Source: Marsupella aquatica (lineage: Eukaryota; Plantae; Marchantiophyta). Taken from it: a stretch of 64,000 nt of DNA. The position numbers were made by a program, and so were the translations under genes. Where the stretch lies: positions 6,472,963-6,536,962 of the forward strand of contig OZ316893.1 in NCBI GenBank assembly GCA_973895155.1. The letters run 5' to 3'. Of the stretch, positions 13,401 to 27,500 are shown piece by piece. The notes below the pieces were generated by a model that was not told the origin of the DNA, made no database searches, and worked only from the letters and a program-made list of their open reading frames with translations. How positions within the stretch are numbered: position 1 is the stretch's first letter; every line of letters starts with the position of its first letter.

Positions 13401-15327
13401 ACCAAAAAAGGCTTGATAACAACCACAAACTACGTACCTTGAGGTTAGTGGTGGACCTAGCCACCCAGCGCCCTCACCAATCCCAACAATATATGCCTAA
13501 GTGCCCCTGGTGCCCAAAGGCCTCCACGGAATACCTCGAGCAAGCAACCTTGTGCCCCTTGCACCACCAGCGGCCCCTCCCATACGAAGCCGCACTTGCT
13601 CTCCAACACGATCATTACTCAACGGTCCTCACTGCCTGCACAAGCAACCAAGCATCTCGGTAAGTAACCCTTCAGGAGCTAGAACTCCCCAAGTCTAGCA
13701 TCCTAACTCAAGTTCAACAGACATTGGTAAGTAGATTAGCGATAGGTCCTCCCGATGCCATAAGCCGGAACCAGAACCGACGCCCATTGTTTGTCTAGAA
13801 CAACTTCTTCCTTGGGCGCAGACCGGGTTCCCCTCGTACCTATCCATCACCAATTGACCACCCTGCACCCAGGACATGCTCATGGCCCAAATAGCATAGC
13901 TTGTCCCAAAGCTTGTCCCTACACGTTGGGACCAGAATGGCCCTGACTTTAGCAACCAACTCCCGGTTCTCGCCCCACTGATGGTCTAGGGGCCAAGTGC
14001 CCTTGGAACTCAACCTCCACACCTACTTGGCCTTGCCTCCCCAACGCAAGCTCCCTTGAGAGACTGAACGCGAATTGGCTGTTGTTTCGGTAGGATTAGG
14101 CAAGCGGGCGAGATCGCACCTGCAAACCTCAAGAATCTATGGTTCCCCCAAACCCAGCTGAGCTCAGGAGGATGTAGTCTTTGTCGAGAGCTTTCCAATG
14201 CACCCAAGAAGTCCTCCAACGGATTGGAGGACTTCTTGTTGGAACGTTATTGTTGTTTCTGTTTGACATTTTCCCTTAGTGTCATGACCGCCGTGGCTCA
14301 CGACTTCGGCTCGCCCTTAGCCCCCAGGGAGACACCACTCCCCTCATATATGTTTCTAGAGACCTGCCACCCCTGGACCAACTTTGGTCCCCAAACTTTT
14401 GATCCCTGTGGTGCGTCCCATGGCTCCCTAAACCCAAGAAACCCCCCAGCTCAAGCCGATTCCCGCAGGTTTCGTGCTTGGCAAGGCCGTTTCCGCGGCT
14501 TAGCGGCATGGGACGCTGCTAACCTTCTACTACTACTATTAACATTTTACACACATATACTGGACAGATCCTTCATCGGGTCATGAGATACGTAGCCGGC
14601 CTAATATAGGCCTTCCCCTGTCTTCCCCTGTCTTCCCCTCCGTCTTGTTAGGTATGTTTGGATTCCACCGCCGGAATGATCCCCAATAGGCTTGGTTAAG
14701 CCGCTAAGACCTCTCTTAGCTCGACACATCCAACTCTCACTCCCCTGCTTGCTTTCCTTCCTTCTGTTGATGTGGGCACTCTTCACACAAGTTAATGCGA
14801 CACACAAATAGCAAAATGACTCATTCTGACTGAGTCATACCATGCACTTGCCATACAAACAGTACATCTCATACACAAGTTCTGCGAACTAAGCCGTGAG
14901 GCCAACTCTATTCAGCTCTTAGGCATGAGGAAACATGAATATACACAAGGGTCACTGTATGACTAACCAAGAGCTTCTCGTACTACTTGATCCCAGCCCG
15001 GCTGGTGCAAACTAAAAACTTGCTAAAGAAGAGGCCCTGAGCTCCCCGCTGCCCAGGTACTTATCCTGGTAGTGGATCCGCCATTCTTTGCATCGTAAGC
15101 CTAATCTACTTAACAGTAATCTACTTGCCCGAATCTACCTATGTACAGCAAGGCAGGAGCACAAGTGTTGCTCCTACCAGTGGGACCGCAATCCCACTAA
15201 GCTAAGTGTCAGGGCCGCTCCTGGTTCTGATCCTAATCCTAAACGTGGAGATCCGCGCCCGCCCTGCCCACTCACGCCTCCTCCCTCCACGTCCGCCCTC
15301 CCTAAAAGGAACGGCGCCCTTGCACCG

Positions 15328-17449
15328 TCACGACACCGGTGGTGGATCCTTAATGGACGCCCCCAACGCTTCCTCCTTAGCCACTGCCGTAGGCTCATTC
15401 CCTGACAGATTACCTGCCCTTGACTGAGTCAACTCTCCATCGGCCTGACTGGGTCCACTATCGGCGTCGGCATCGGCTCGAGAATCGGTTACGGCCTCAG
15501 CCTCGGCTACGGTCTCCCCGGCCTGCTCAAGAGGCGGATCTGGAATACTGGCCTCCTTACTGAGTAGTTCGGCTTGGGCCGCACCATCCCTACCTGTGAT
15601 CATAGCAGGATCTATTACCATATTCATGTCGGAGGATGGTGTTGGTTCTACCTCTTTGGTCACCACGGCTTGTGGAGTCGGATTACTCCTTGACCCTGAA
15701 GGTTTCCGCTTTTTCTTCTTTTCTGGTTCGGCAGCTGGTCCCTTCCCCTTCCCACTTACCTCCGGCACTGGTGCAGTTGGCGCGGCTTTTTCTTCGGCCA
15801 GTACCACTCCTGGTAACTTGGTTGCCCCAATTGGAGTTGGGCCTGATGAAGACAAGCACCTAAATACTGCGGCTTGTTTCTTCAGCCGCTCCGTTTGGTT
15901 GTCGGCCCGCCGCTGGAGGTTCTCCATCTTCCTCGTGATTTCCTCCAACTCCTCCTGGGTCTCATCCAGGTCCTTGCGTGCCTCCTCTAGTTCCTTCTGG
16001 GCTTCCTCCCATTCTTGTTTCAAGGTAGTCCTCTCCTCTTGGGTTGCTTTTAGCTCCTTGTCGAGCTCTGCAATGATGACAGACTCCATCTGGTTCATCT
16101 TGGCGTAAGTCTGTTCGAGCATCTCGTCCTTCTCCCTTAGGTCGGCCTTGAAGCTGGCCGTCAGGGACGCAAGCTCCTGCTGCAGCGCCATAATCCCTTG
16201 ATAGGATTTCCCTAACTCGGCCTCCTTCTGCTCAAGGGCTCCGCGGATTTTCTCGAGCTCCCCTTTCAACGCCCATTCCTTTCTTTGGGTCTCCGCCATG
16301 GCCCGGCTGTTGGCTGTTATGTGGGCCTCCTCTGTATTCTTCAGCTCTTGCTTCCACTTCTCCCTCTCTTTGATCGTGTCGGCCAACTCTTCCTGCGTCT
16401 GAGTCAGTTTATCCTTGATATTCTGATTATCAGCCTGCGCGGTGTCCAACTGCCCCTGCATGATGTTCAGCTCATGTCGTTTAATCCGCAGTTCATCTTG
16501 GGCTTTCTTGGCCGCCCTTAGATCTTCAATCTCGGCTTCCATCCTCCTAAGCCGCCGAATGACCTCGTCCTTCTTGCTTCTCTCTAAAGCCACCGCTTCT
16601 TCTAATTGGTGCTTCTCCAACTGCTCCCTATGGAAAAAGGGTCCTACCTCCAACTCCTCTCCAAAGATGCCGAGCGCAAGTTCCCCACACATCTCACCAT
16701 ACTCCATGGCTCTATTCTTAGCGTAGGTGGAGTAAGTAGAAGTGATCGGCATCGCCCATCGCGGCCTCTGCTCCCAAGCCGTCCTGCGGATCTCTTCAAT
16801 CGTGGCTAGAGGTTTGCTTCCTTTTTTGGCTAGCCGCCTGATGTCCTCCGGCCAATCTCCTCCTGGTAAATCCTTTTCCTTAGCCAGGGTGGCCTCCTCC
16901 TCCTGCTTGATTCGCTCCTGAAATTCTTGCACCGTCTGTTTTATGCCGTCGAAGCTCGGGGGAGCAACATCTGGTGGGGGAGACTCAGGGCTACTCTGCT
17001 GGTTGAGGTCCCCTCGCACTACCCTTGGAAGTGTGGGGACAAACCGGCCACAGGTCCTTACTCCTGGAACGTGATGGTCCGACCCATAGCCGGAATTATC
17101 ATGGCTGCAGTCCTCCACTGCCTCCTCTACCTCTTGGACGTCCGGCTTCTCCCTCTCCTCTTCGTCGGTAGGAGCTTCAGGCAATTCTGCCTCAGATTCG
17201 GAGCTTGAGGTTCCCACGTACATTCGAACACCTGGCTTGGATTCCGGCCTGATTCTCTCCTTGTCTCCAGCAAAGGGGTTTTCTCTTGTGAGCCGGTGTA
17301 GGCCTACCTCTGTAGTAGTGTCCTGCATTGTTGCCGTTGCCGTTGTTGTTGCCGATGCCGATTTCTTTTCTTTCTCCAGTAGTTTCAGCAGACTCTGCAT
17401 GCCTGGTTGCTGCATCGGCAAGTCTTCCTTCCTGGGCCTAAACACCTGC
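15328..17449 (-). pseudogene. C-terminal part (acidic region plus long coiled coil) of a large TE-associated ORF split by the Gypsy insertion
   Basis: The first codons of the 714-aa ORF lie in the LTR. Removing 17450-33702 gives in-frame ...PTIEQV|FRPRKED..., joining it to the ORF at 33698-35213. Confidence 0.8.
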
Positions 17450-20400
17450 TGTAGTTTGCCATAGAGAACCAAAAATCACATTTTAAAGTCTCCAAACTCG
17501 GTATTCGTTCCCTTTAAGAACAAGATGGGGTTGGTTTGATGTAATAAACTAAAAACAAAGTTTTAAGCTCTTGTGTCACACATAGTAATCAATCTTGACT
17601 ACTTTAATCAGGTACTTTGAAGATCGCTCCACAGCGGTGAGTAGTTTTTGATGATAACTCAACATCAGATAACCTTCAATTAAGCAAAAGATTGCAATTA
17701 ACAAAACACAAGGAAAAATCTCTCAGAGTATGCTTAAGGGAGTCTGGAATAGACCAAGGTTACTCCTTAGACATAAGTAATAATGGAATGACTTAAAAGG
17801 AAATCCAAATCCACACGGCTTTTCAGATCTAAACTGCATACTAGAGTATCCTTTTAAAATGCCGGCAACATGTCTTGACCTTTCTTCCTAAGTGATACTT
17901 AGTCAAGATCTAAAAGGATAAATACTTCAGCATTTAGATGGTACTAAGCAACATGAAGGTGAAAACATCATTTCCAATGTAACTTAAACTCAATGAGTTA
18001 ACTCTAAGAACTTGTGAGATTACAATGTGTCACCAAAGCGGAATCTGACATTATAATTCACGAGATTCATAACTGAGGTTTTACTTCAAGTATTTGGGTT
18101 CCAAAATACAAGAAGGAGGTAAGTCTCTCCAAATGTTAAACCTGATCTCGAACTCATAGATTCATGATCAACTAGTTTAACACAAGGGAGAGGCAAAACT
18201 GCAAAACTTAACCATCTCTCTACACTAGGGGAAGAGGTATAAATAGTGATGAACTACAGAATAAGAGGTCACAGGGTCGAAGAGACATGCCTCTTCATAC
18301 CCCTCAAAATTTTAAAATGGCGATTCAGTAAGTGAAAAGCCGGAAAAAATGGCTAAGTATGAACTCTTAAACTCTTAAAAACTTAAACTCTTAAAAACGT
18401 AAAAACTTAAACTCTTAAACTCTTAATTTCAGTATACTAAAAATTGAGTAGATTCAACTATTTTTAACTTTCTACTCCTGGTTCAGAAAACTCTGAAATT
18501 TTTCCAGCAGGGTTTCCTAGGTACAGACTACAGCCTAAAGAAGTATGACAGCTTCTAAAGCTCTAGAACACATTTCTAAAAATCAGATAAGATGCACTAC
18601 TCTAAAAACTAACTAAGAACACTTAGAGACTTCTTCAAGCTTGCTGTCGGATGTCCTCTGGTTCTAGTAACTCCACAAGGGTAACAATTCGGTTCTGGGT
18701 AACCTCTATCAGCTTAGCTTGGCGTGGGGATCCTCTAGAGTAGGGTAGGCACCTCAGTTGTCTCTCAGGATACATCAAAGGCATTCGCTTCATCAAATAA
18801 CAGGAATCTATACGAAGAGCTTCTCTGTATATCCCTAGTACATCATAGTTGTTGCAGGTGGCAGCATATACTTGGGGATAGTGATGCAGAAACTCATCAC
18901 TATTCATCATCCTGGAATAGAAGGGTCGAAGTCTCCATCTGACATCCTTAAAATATCGGTTGAAATGAGCCAGGGTCTGAGTAGTGACATTATTCCAGAT
19001 CCTCTGTTTCTCAGCTAGGGAACTGGTGGAAACAAGGACAACCTTCGGCTCTCGTGGGATGTAAGAGTTCTGGTGAGAAGTGGATTTCTTACTCTGCATG
19101 AGAAAAGAAATCACAAAGTCCAGAGCGTAAGCTGCAAAATTCCCGAAATAGGCCAAAACCAAATCTGGATCTTCTACTTCTACATCCCCTTGAAGTAGCA
19201 TCATAGCAAGGATGGGTCGGAAGTAGATTGAGTCAGCCCAGAACTCATCAAATTGAGCCATCTCCACTCTTGAAGTTCCGAAACTTCTGAGGTCAAATAT
19301 GTAACTGGCCTCAGTCTTCTTAAGGTAGTAGTATCTCCAAAACTCTCCAATTGGGGGTCTGTTGGCCTGCATTATCTTACAAGTCTCCACGTACCTCTGC
19401 ACTTGAGACTCTGGATGTCGTGTATATCTTTTCTCAATGACAGAATACCGGGGTGTTTGAGTAGAGGAGGTGACAACTGCCACTAAATTTGGATCAGATC
19501 TTAAGGTAGTGTCAACATCCTCAAATCCTTGCCTTGGTGACGACTCGACAGAGTTGTCATAAGATCGGATGGAATCAAAATCAGAGGGTGGATCAGAATC
19601 CTCAGGAAGATCCTGTCTAACAGAAGGATGTTCATACTGTGGTTGGGTATAAATAGGTCCCTCGGTTGGCTCATAATTGGAATCTGGACTATAAATGCAG
19701 TCACCCGGGTTGGAAGGGCCTTTGAATTCTGTGTACTTCGGAATTAAGTCACTAACCACAGAGATTATCTCCTCAGGTTCACACTGAAGCAATTCCAGTA
19801 GGTCAGTTACAATTGCAACACAACTTGTGTTTCCTATCCTTGAGACAGGTTCACTTGGCTCTGGAGGTAGATTCTGTGGGACAGTAGGAGTGAGAGCAAC
19901 AAATTCTTCTGGTGCTGACCTCTCAATGGGAGAAGCGGTCCTGACAGGGGTTAGCTGATCTGGAAATGGAGAGGATAAGCTAACTGCCTCGGATCTCAAA
20001 TCACAGACAACATCGTAGAGTTCAACATCACTGCAACCGAAGAGAGAGATTAACTTATCAATAAGCTGCTGATTTGACTCTGCTTTCGAAAAAGGGGGCA
20101 TGGTGACTCCTCGTATGGCAGTAATAGTTGGTTCAACAACGACTTCTTGTTGCTCAGGAAAAATCTCGTCTCCTTCAGCTTCAAGTTGATCTGCTCCACT
20201 GATTTCTCTTGGAGAGTATAAAATGACCTCCATGTTGTGTTCAGGGGGAAATTCCGAACCATCTATCGAGACATCCTCCATATTAACATCCTGATCAGTG
20301 GAATTCAGCAGAATGTCCTGTTCTGATTCTGCTACACTAATTTCTTCCTCAATGTCCAACTCGATCAGAAGTAATCCCCTTTCTGTTTTCTCCTCCGGAT

Positions 20401-21519
20401 GTAAACAGTCATGTGCTTGATACAGCTGAGATAGATAGACTTGTAGACAAGTAGGTCTGCCTGCCTTCATACTTCTCACCTGATCGTGCATCACATTGAA
20501 AAGTAACAACGCCCAATTTACTTGAATAGCTCCACTGTGAGAAGCTACGATAGTATTCGCCAATGCCACAGGGCAGATAGTTGGTCTCTTCGGATGGAGA
20601 ATGGGCACTAGAAATTCTAAAAGAATCCTCAAATCCGGATAGGTACATTGTGTCACATTCCAGCCATTGGTAGGATGGCGAATCCCTGAAAAGTAAGGAG
20701 TGGACAAATCTTTTTTCTTTGAATATAATCCTTCTCCATCTAAGGGGCAGCGGAAGGCATGAGCTACTTGCTCAACTGTCCATAAACTTGGCCGAGCTCG
20801 AATGGTTTGTCGAAATTCAGGGGCAATCAGTGATCCTCTCACAAAATCCTGTAAATAAGAGTCGAGCTCCACATTCCAAGGGATTGCGAGTAGATGTTCC
20901 AATCCGAGCTGCTGTAACGATGTTCTCAAATTTTCACAACTGTCGGGCGCCAAAGGAATTCGAGCGACCACACTCTTAGGAATTGCCAGAGTTTGAACAC
21001 GATACTGTGCATCAGCGTTCAAGTCAGCCATAGCTCAAATTCTGCTCACTGAGCTACGCGAAGAATTGTTTGGAGTCGAGAGCGATGAAAGATGCAGCGG
21101 AAGAGAAGTCAGGAGTGAGCACCTATGTTCTGGATTCCTCCCCCTTCAAGGCCTGCTCCTCGTTTTGTTGCAAAGTCCCGTTGGAGTTAGCCGTAGCCTG
21201 TCACAATCGCGGGGCTCGCCAGTTCGCAAGTCGCAACTCTTAAAGTCGTAAAGTCTTAAAGTAGGGTTTACTCGTAAACCCTTAAACTCTTAAACTATTA
21301 AACACTTCAACTCTTCAACTCTTAAACTCTTAAACTATTAAAGTAGGGTTTACTCGTAAACCCGTAAACTCTTAAACACTTTAACTCTTCAACTCTTAAA
21401 CTCTTAATCTTCGGCAGAGTTTAGTTTACTCGAGTTATCAGCAAATATAGTTTAACTACTTCAAAAATTTAAAAATTTTCCGGTTTTCTTCATGACTTTG
21501 GAATTACTGCCTATCTACA
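17450..21519 (-). repeat. 3' LTR (4,070 bp)
   Basis: Near-identical to 29628-33697 at a constant offset of 12,178; preceded on the minus strand by the PPT. Confidence 0.97.
18635..21031 (-). CDS. 798-aa LTR-encoded accessory protein (3' LTR copy); N-terminal domain resembles plant TE accessory domains (Transposase_32/Athila extra-ORF/PMD-like)
   Basis: Intact ATG-to-TGA ORF entirely inside the LTR. Motifs GLEHLLAIPW, WTVEQVAHAF, LLEFLVPILHP, VNWALLL and YLSQLY, then an acidic/Pro-rich linker and a C-terminal globular-looking region. The domain assignment is by recognition only. Confidence 0.85.
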   Translation of the reverse strand: MADLNADAQYRVQTLAIPKSVVARIPLAPDSCENLRTSLQQLGLEHLLAIPWNVELDSYLQDFVRGSLIAPEFRQTIRARPSLWTVEQVAHAFRCPLDGEGLYSKKKDLSTPYFSGIRHPTNGWNVTQCTYPDLRILLEFLVPILHPKRPTICPVALANTIVASHSGAIQVNWALLLFNVMHDQVRSMKAGRPTCLQVYLSQLYQAHDCLHPEEKTERGLLLIELDIEEEISVAESEQDILLNSTDQDVNMEDVSIDGSEFPPEHNMEVILYSPREISGADQLEAEGDEIFPEQQEVVVEPTITAIRGVTMPPFSKAESNQQLIDKLISLFGCSDVELYDVVCDLRSEAVSLSSPFPDQLTPVRTASPIERSAPEEFVALTPTVPQNLPPEPSEPVSRIGNTSCVAIVTDLLELLQCEPEEIISVVSDLIPKYTEFKGPSNPGDCIYSPDSNYEPTEGPIYTQPQYEHPSVRQDLPEDSDPPSDFDSIRSYDNSVESSPRQGFEDVDTTLRSDPNLVAVVTSSTQTPRYSVIEKRYTRHPESQVQRYVETCKIMQANRPPIGEFWRYYYLKKTEASYIFDLRSFGTSRVEMAQFDEFWADSIYFRPILAMMLLQGDVEVEDPDLVLAYFGNFAAYALDFVISFLMQSKKSTSHQNSYIPREPKVVLVSTSSLAEKQRIWNNVTTQTLAHFNRYFKDVRWRLRPFYSRMMNSDEFLHHYPQVYAATCNNYDVLGIYREALRIDSCYLMKRMPLMYPERQLRCLPYSRGSPRQAKLIEVTQNRIVTLVELLEPEDIRQQA

Positions 21520-21522
21520 TAG

Positions 21523-21532
21523 CCCTCTCCTC
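21523..21532 (-). promoter_or_regulatory. Polypurine tract (PPT)
   Basis: GAGGAGAGGG on the minus strand, 3 nt before the 3' LTR TGTAG and 16 nt after the integrase stop codon. Confidence 0.85.
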
Positions 21533-21548
21533 AAACGGCGCCGTGCCC

Positions 21549-24500
21549 TCACAAGCCATTGGAGTGGGGTATATAATATTTCTTCACTCTGGATCCATTG
21601 ATTCTGGTATCAAGAGGTTCTCTATTCAAGGTTTCCAAAGTTAAAGACCCATTAGGCCATACGGTAACAACTCTGTAAGGGCCGATCCAGTGAGTGTGAA
21701 GCTTCCCAGGGAAGAACATATACCTAGAGTCATACACAAGCGCCAAATCTCCTGGCTGTAGTGTCGGTATTTTTAACCTCTTATCATAGGCCATCTTCCG
21801 TTTATCCTGTTGTTGTATGGTATGCTGTAACGCTAGAAGTCTATGTTCTTCTAATTCATCCAGAACTTCCAACCTAGTGTGGAAACTATCAAGTTCAGGT
21901 AACCTCTCAGAGATCAGAAGCCGTTCAGTAGGTAGTTCAAATTCAATGGGGGTAACACTATGCATACCAAAAGTTAAGTAGAAGGGCGTTCTCAAGGTAG
22001 TAATCTTTTCTGCAGTTCTGTAAGCCCATAAAGCAGAGTGGAGTTTGATGTCCCAATCCGTTTTATGTGCTTCCACCATTTTATTCAATATTTTTCCCAT
22101 TAACCCATTAGCTCTTTCAGTCAATCCGTTAGCTCGGGGATTATAAGGGGTGGTCTTTCGATGCTTAATCAGATATTTCTCAGTGATGAGCTCAATTGTC
22201 TCATTAAGGAAGTGCAGGCCTCGATCACTTACCAATTCCAAGGGACAGCCATACCGGGTAATAATGTTTTCAAATAAGAAATTGGCGGCTGTGGCAGCGT
22301 CATTCTTCCTAGTATGCTTAGCCTCCACCCATTTGGTGAGGTAGTCCGTAGCAAGAATGATATATCTGCTTCTACTTCGTCTAGCAGCAGGGGAAATGGG
22401 GCCAATAAAGTCTATCCCCCATTTCTCAAATGGAGCTAGAGGCAAAATGGGTGTTAGAGGCCATTTTGATGTTGCAGTAGGCTTCCCTATTCGCTGACAA
22501 GGGTCACAGCTTTGAATGTAGTTATAAGTGTCCTTATGCATGGTAGGCCACCAAAATCCAGCGTCCTTAATTTTCTTAACAGTTGTATTTACGGCATAGT
22601 GTCCACCGGAGGCTTCAGTGTGTAAGGCTGAAATGACCTTTGGAACTTCTTGAGCTTCCAAGCAACGGTGAAGTCTCTGATTTGGCAATAATTTAAATAG
22701 AACACCCCTCACAATAGTATATGGTCCTACTTTGTAGAGGAAAACAGCTTTTTCTTCTGCATTCAACCCTGGTGGATAAATTCCGTGAGTAAGCATCTGA
22801 ACAATGTCAAAGTACCTTGATTCTTCTCCTTCCAAATGCCATAGCTGTTCGTCCGGAAATTGATCAGACAAAGGTTCGGCACTAGGATCTCCAGGCAATC
22901 GTGATAGGAAATCTGCATTCTCATGGTGTTTCCCGGCTCGAACTTGTACCTCATAATCATATTCTTGTAAAAGAAGTACCCACCTAGCAATGCGCCCACT
23001 TAAATCTGCCTGATTCACTAGGTATTTTAAAGAAGAATGATCCGTGTGGAAAATAGTTTTATAACCCAGAAGATAGTGCCGGAACTTTTTACAAGAGAAA
23101 ATGACTGCTAAGGCCTCCCTCTCTGTGACCGTATAATTCTTTTCAGCACTATTCATTTGCCTACTGGCATAATATATAGGGTGGTCTTTCTTCTCATCAT
23201 CCAGTTGACTTAAGGCAGCGCCCACACAAAAAGTTGAGGCATCAATATACACATGAAAAGGTTTCTGCCAATCCGGTGGTTGTAGAATGGGCGCAACAGT
23301 TAGTTTGGTTTTTAAAACTTCAAAGGCTGTTTGCCTTGCTGCAGTCCATACATATGCCACGTCCTTCTTAAGGAGCTGGGTTAAAGGCATGGCAAGGTCA
23401 GCATACTTCCGTATAAATCTTCTATAATACCCCACATAGCCTAGGAAGCCTCGCAATGCCTTCAAATTTCCAGGGGGTTGTAATGCCAGAATAATTCGAA
23501 CTTTCTCTGCATCCACTTCGATTCCTCTTTGGGAGATAACATGTCCTAACAGAATACCTTCCTTCATACCAATGAAACATTTCTCAGGATGTAGACACAA
23601 CTGTGATTCCCTACAGCGTTGGAACGTTTGTCTTAAGTGATCCAGGTGTTGGGTGGCTGATCCATAAACACAAAAATCATCTATAAAGATTTCCAGGAAT
23701 TTTCTGAGAAAATCCTGAAAAATAATCATCATAATCCTTTGGAAAGTTCCAGGTGCATTACACAGGCCAAAGGGCATAACTCAAAAAGCATACGTTCCCC
23801 AATCCGTAGTGAAGGTGGTTTTGTCTCTGTCCTCCTCACGGATTGACACCCGGTTGTAGCCGGAGTATCCATCTAGGAAACTATAAAGTTCATGAAGAGC
23901 AACCATATCCAACACAAGGTCTATGAATGGTAAGGGATAGTGATCTTTTCTAGTAGCAGCATTCAGCTTCCTGAAATCTTGACATACTCGGATTTTTGGC
24001 TTCCCATCTGGTCCGGGTTTCTTTGGAACAATTACAATGGGTGAAACCCACTCACTGCTAAGGACTGGGTAAATAAAACCAGCAGCGGTCAACTTATCAA
24101 GTTCCTCTTTGACAAGCATAGAATATTTGGGGTTCAAACGATATTGTCTTTGCCTTACTGGAACTGCTCCTTCAATTAAGTCAATCCTGTGCTCTCCCAA
24201 GTGAGGTGGTATCCCTTTTAAGTCTTTATGGCTCCAGGCAAATACATCCTTATACTGAGTAAGCAAATCAATATATTTTTCCCTTAACTCTCCTTCAATA
24301 TGATTACTGATATTTAAAAATTTTCCGGGTTCGATCTCAATCTTCTGACATTTTCGGAGATCGACAATTCCATCTGTTTCGTTTGGTGAAATGTCATCCC
24401 AGGTGAGCGCCTTCCTTATATCGTGATTTCCGCCCATCCGAGTGTCTTCCTCTGCCCTCTCCTCATGTCAGGAGACTGGTGGGAGAGTCCCTTTACTTGG

Positions 24501-27500
24501 TGTGTCACCCTCGACCTCCATGATATCAAGATATCCGACTTCTAGAGATTCAAACTTGGGAGTTTTGATAAGGAGAGTAGAATCTGAGAAGTCAGAAGTG
24601 TACCCATCATCTGATTGGGTTTCGCCCATATGTGGTTCATCCATCCAACTGATAGTGACTCGGGGTGTCCCAAAGGACATCTGTCGTTGGTGCCAATCAA
24701 CCTTGACCTTGGCCTTATATAACCAGGGTCTCCCTAATAGCAAAGGATAGGAGGAGGGAACTTCAGGTCGGAGAACTACAAAATCTAAGGGGAAAGTCAG
24801 GCCCCCAATAATTGTGTCGATCCCAATAAGTTTTCCTACTGGCACTACTCTGGATTGATCGGCCATGCGTAGTACTTGTAAGGTCTTTTCAAACTTATGG
24901 ATGCCAATGTTGGATGCTGTTTCCTCGGTCATGATGTTCACACTCGATCCTCCGTCTACTGGTACTTCGGGTATTACACACCCCATGATCTGAACTTCAA
25001 TTTCCGGAGGTCCTTTATCTTCCCATTCTAGTCTCAAGGCCTCCACAGAAGGTAGTTTCCTTCTTTTCCTCCTTCCTGTCAGCAAGGTTCTTAACTGCTT
25101 TTTATAAGTGGGATTGTCTTCTAATAGCTCCCCAATCGTAATGTTGGCAGGTTGGCTCTTGACAACGTCCACGATATCATACCCCTTTGGTTTGAGTGTT
25201 GGTACCAAGGTCATCTTGGGTTCAGGCTTTTTTAGCTCTGGAGGGACTTCCTTCCGTTCCACTAGCAGGGGTGCATCCTTGGTTAACTCATGTATTTGAG
25301 TTTTAACCTCTGTAGATATGTCGGGCTGGAAGTACTTGGGGTCATACCTGTCATAGGCTGGGTCATCCTCTTTTGGGATACCTTCCTTTGCCGGTATCCT
25401 TGTTTTGCTCTTCTGTTTGGATGATTTCTTCCGCTTAGAACCATCCTCACCGTGCTTCTTCTCATGATGAGACTTGGATCTGGTAGTGGCGTAAGTTTCC
25501 AAAACACGGTCCCGTTCTTGGACCCGTAGGTTGGGCATTCCCACAACATGGTCTTGTACTAAGTGCTCCAAATCAACATCCGGAATAGTGCCTGATAGAC
25601 TTTGGGTATAAATATTATGCACTTCCTCCTCAGCTTCTGCTTCTATGGTCACATGACTGCATTGCTCCCGATTTTCTTGGCTATATATCATCCTTACTTC
25701 TTCAGGTCTGGGTGCTTCCTTCACAGGCTCTTTAGCAAATCTTACCATCATCTTGGGTTTCGGAGGGTTTGGGCATTCAACAGGGAGATGACCTTCCTTT
25801 CCACAGTTGCCACAAATTGGTGTGTACCCTACTTCTCGTTTTGGGTACGGACATTCTGGTGAGTAATGCCCTGGTTGACCACAATTATAGCAGGTTCCTT
25901 GCACTCTTGGTGCTCCTCTGGGTGGATAGCCTCCAGGAGGTCCCATCGGTGGTCTTGGTATAGGCCGATTAAATGAGGAAGGTCCTGCTGATTTTTGTTG
26001 GGCCCATGAAGTCGGTCCCGCAGCAGGGGGAAAGTATTGCCCTGCAAACGGTGCTTGGACAGCATAGATATCTCCATAGTCTAATAACTCTTCCTCTTCT
26101 CCATAATTGACAGCTCGTTGCAATGAGGGGCACTCATGGTGATAGTGTCCTTGGTTATTACAGCGTGTACACCACACATTATTTCGTATGGTGGGTGGGA
26201 GTTTCCTAGTTGGTTTAAATATAGCGGCATTCACAGAGAGTTTATTCAACTTACTAGTCAAGGAATCCATCATTTTATCCAGGGTCTTGGCTTTCTGAGG
26301 TACCGTGCTTTTCTGCATCCTTTTGGTCTTGGTGTCCGCATCGTCAGAACTTGGACTGGAGCTTGAGCTACTGCTGGAGCCCGAGTCGGAACTAGTTCCT
26401 TCAGTAGTGGTAGTGTCGCTATCACCAGACTCCGAGCTTGAAGAGGACTTTTTCTTTTTCTTTTTCTTTTTATCCTTCCTCTTACCCTTCTTCAAATCTT
26501 TTTTTACTCTTTTCTTCTCAGAAACTTCTGAGTCCATGTATTTTTGTGCTGCTTCCTGAGCTTCCTCAAAGGTTGTACCACCTTCTCGTCTTACATACCT
26601 TGCAATTCGGGAGGGCAGCCCGTTAATAAACCAATCTCTCGTGGTGGACTTGGCTGTATTGGGATTATATTTATCCACTAGATCTAGTAATTTATCTGCG
26701 TACTTTCTCACTGAGCCATGTTTCTTCATGGTTAGTTGAGAGATTCTAGCAAAAGCCCTTGCCTCAACACCATCCTCCTTATATTTGTCCAAGAAACCGG
26801 TCTTGGTTTTTCCCCAGTCATTCTTATCTGGAAATCGATCATACCATTTTTGAGCATTCTTTTTTAATAACCCTCCAAAAATCGTGGCTTTTTCAGCGTC
26901 CTGGGTTTGCCCATTTGAGGTGGCTGCAGCTTCAAATTCCTTGAGGAAAGTCTCAGCATCCTCCTTAGATGTTCCCTTAAAGGTATCGTATCAAATATTA
27001 TTTCGAGCCATTTGAGGTCGTCTTATAGGAACCGGAATTGGGTTAATTGGAGGATAGGCTCTCAGAGATTGTGAGCTAGTGCTGGTGACTGATCCTTGAG
27101 ATGTTAATGGTGAAATTGAATTTACGGAATTTGGAGTGCTTATCGCACTTAAGCTACTGCTGGCACTTCCATAACCAAGCGAGGGTAGTGCCTCTGCTAA
27201 TCTGACAGATTCATCAATAGGCGTTCTTTGAAGTAAAGGTGAGTCAGAATTAAATTTTAAAGATTCAATTTGCTGAATTCCTCCTTCAATTATGCTTTCA
27301 TGCCTTGTATTGGTAGTTTTTCCTGTTCCAATTATCTGAAACGCAGGTGTTCCCTCATATTCATCCAAGCTTTGTGTTCGTCTCAGTGGTTTGGCTATGT
27401 CAATTTCTTTCTTCTTAGGCTTAGGTGAGATGTATTGGACATCCCTAGAGCGTAATTTATAAATTGTTGGTCGACTTGTTGCAGGCTTGTCTACTGTTCC

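Noticed and set aside
13430-14400. LINE-like remnant on the minus strand
   Set aside because: Fragmented frames with no diagnostic RT or endonuclease motif.
15140-15195. TTGCGGTCCCAC…CTGGTAG motif (minus strand, also at ~44624 plus) as a twister ribozyme or PBS
   Set aside because: It lacks the twister AAGCCCG core and a TGG-starting tRNA match next to an LTR; the shared 12-mer may be chance.
15328-17472. 714-aa ORF as a complete myosin/SMC-like gene
   Set aside because: Its non-ATG start lies inside the LTR; it is the C-terminal half of the split ORF, and the coiled coil is generic.
18635-21031. LTR ORF as a retroviral env
   Set aside because: No signal peptide, furin-site/fusion-peptide pattern or clear C-terminal transmembrane helix is visible.
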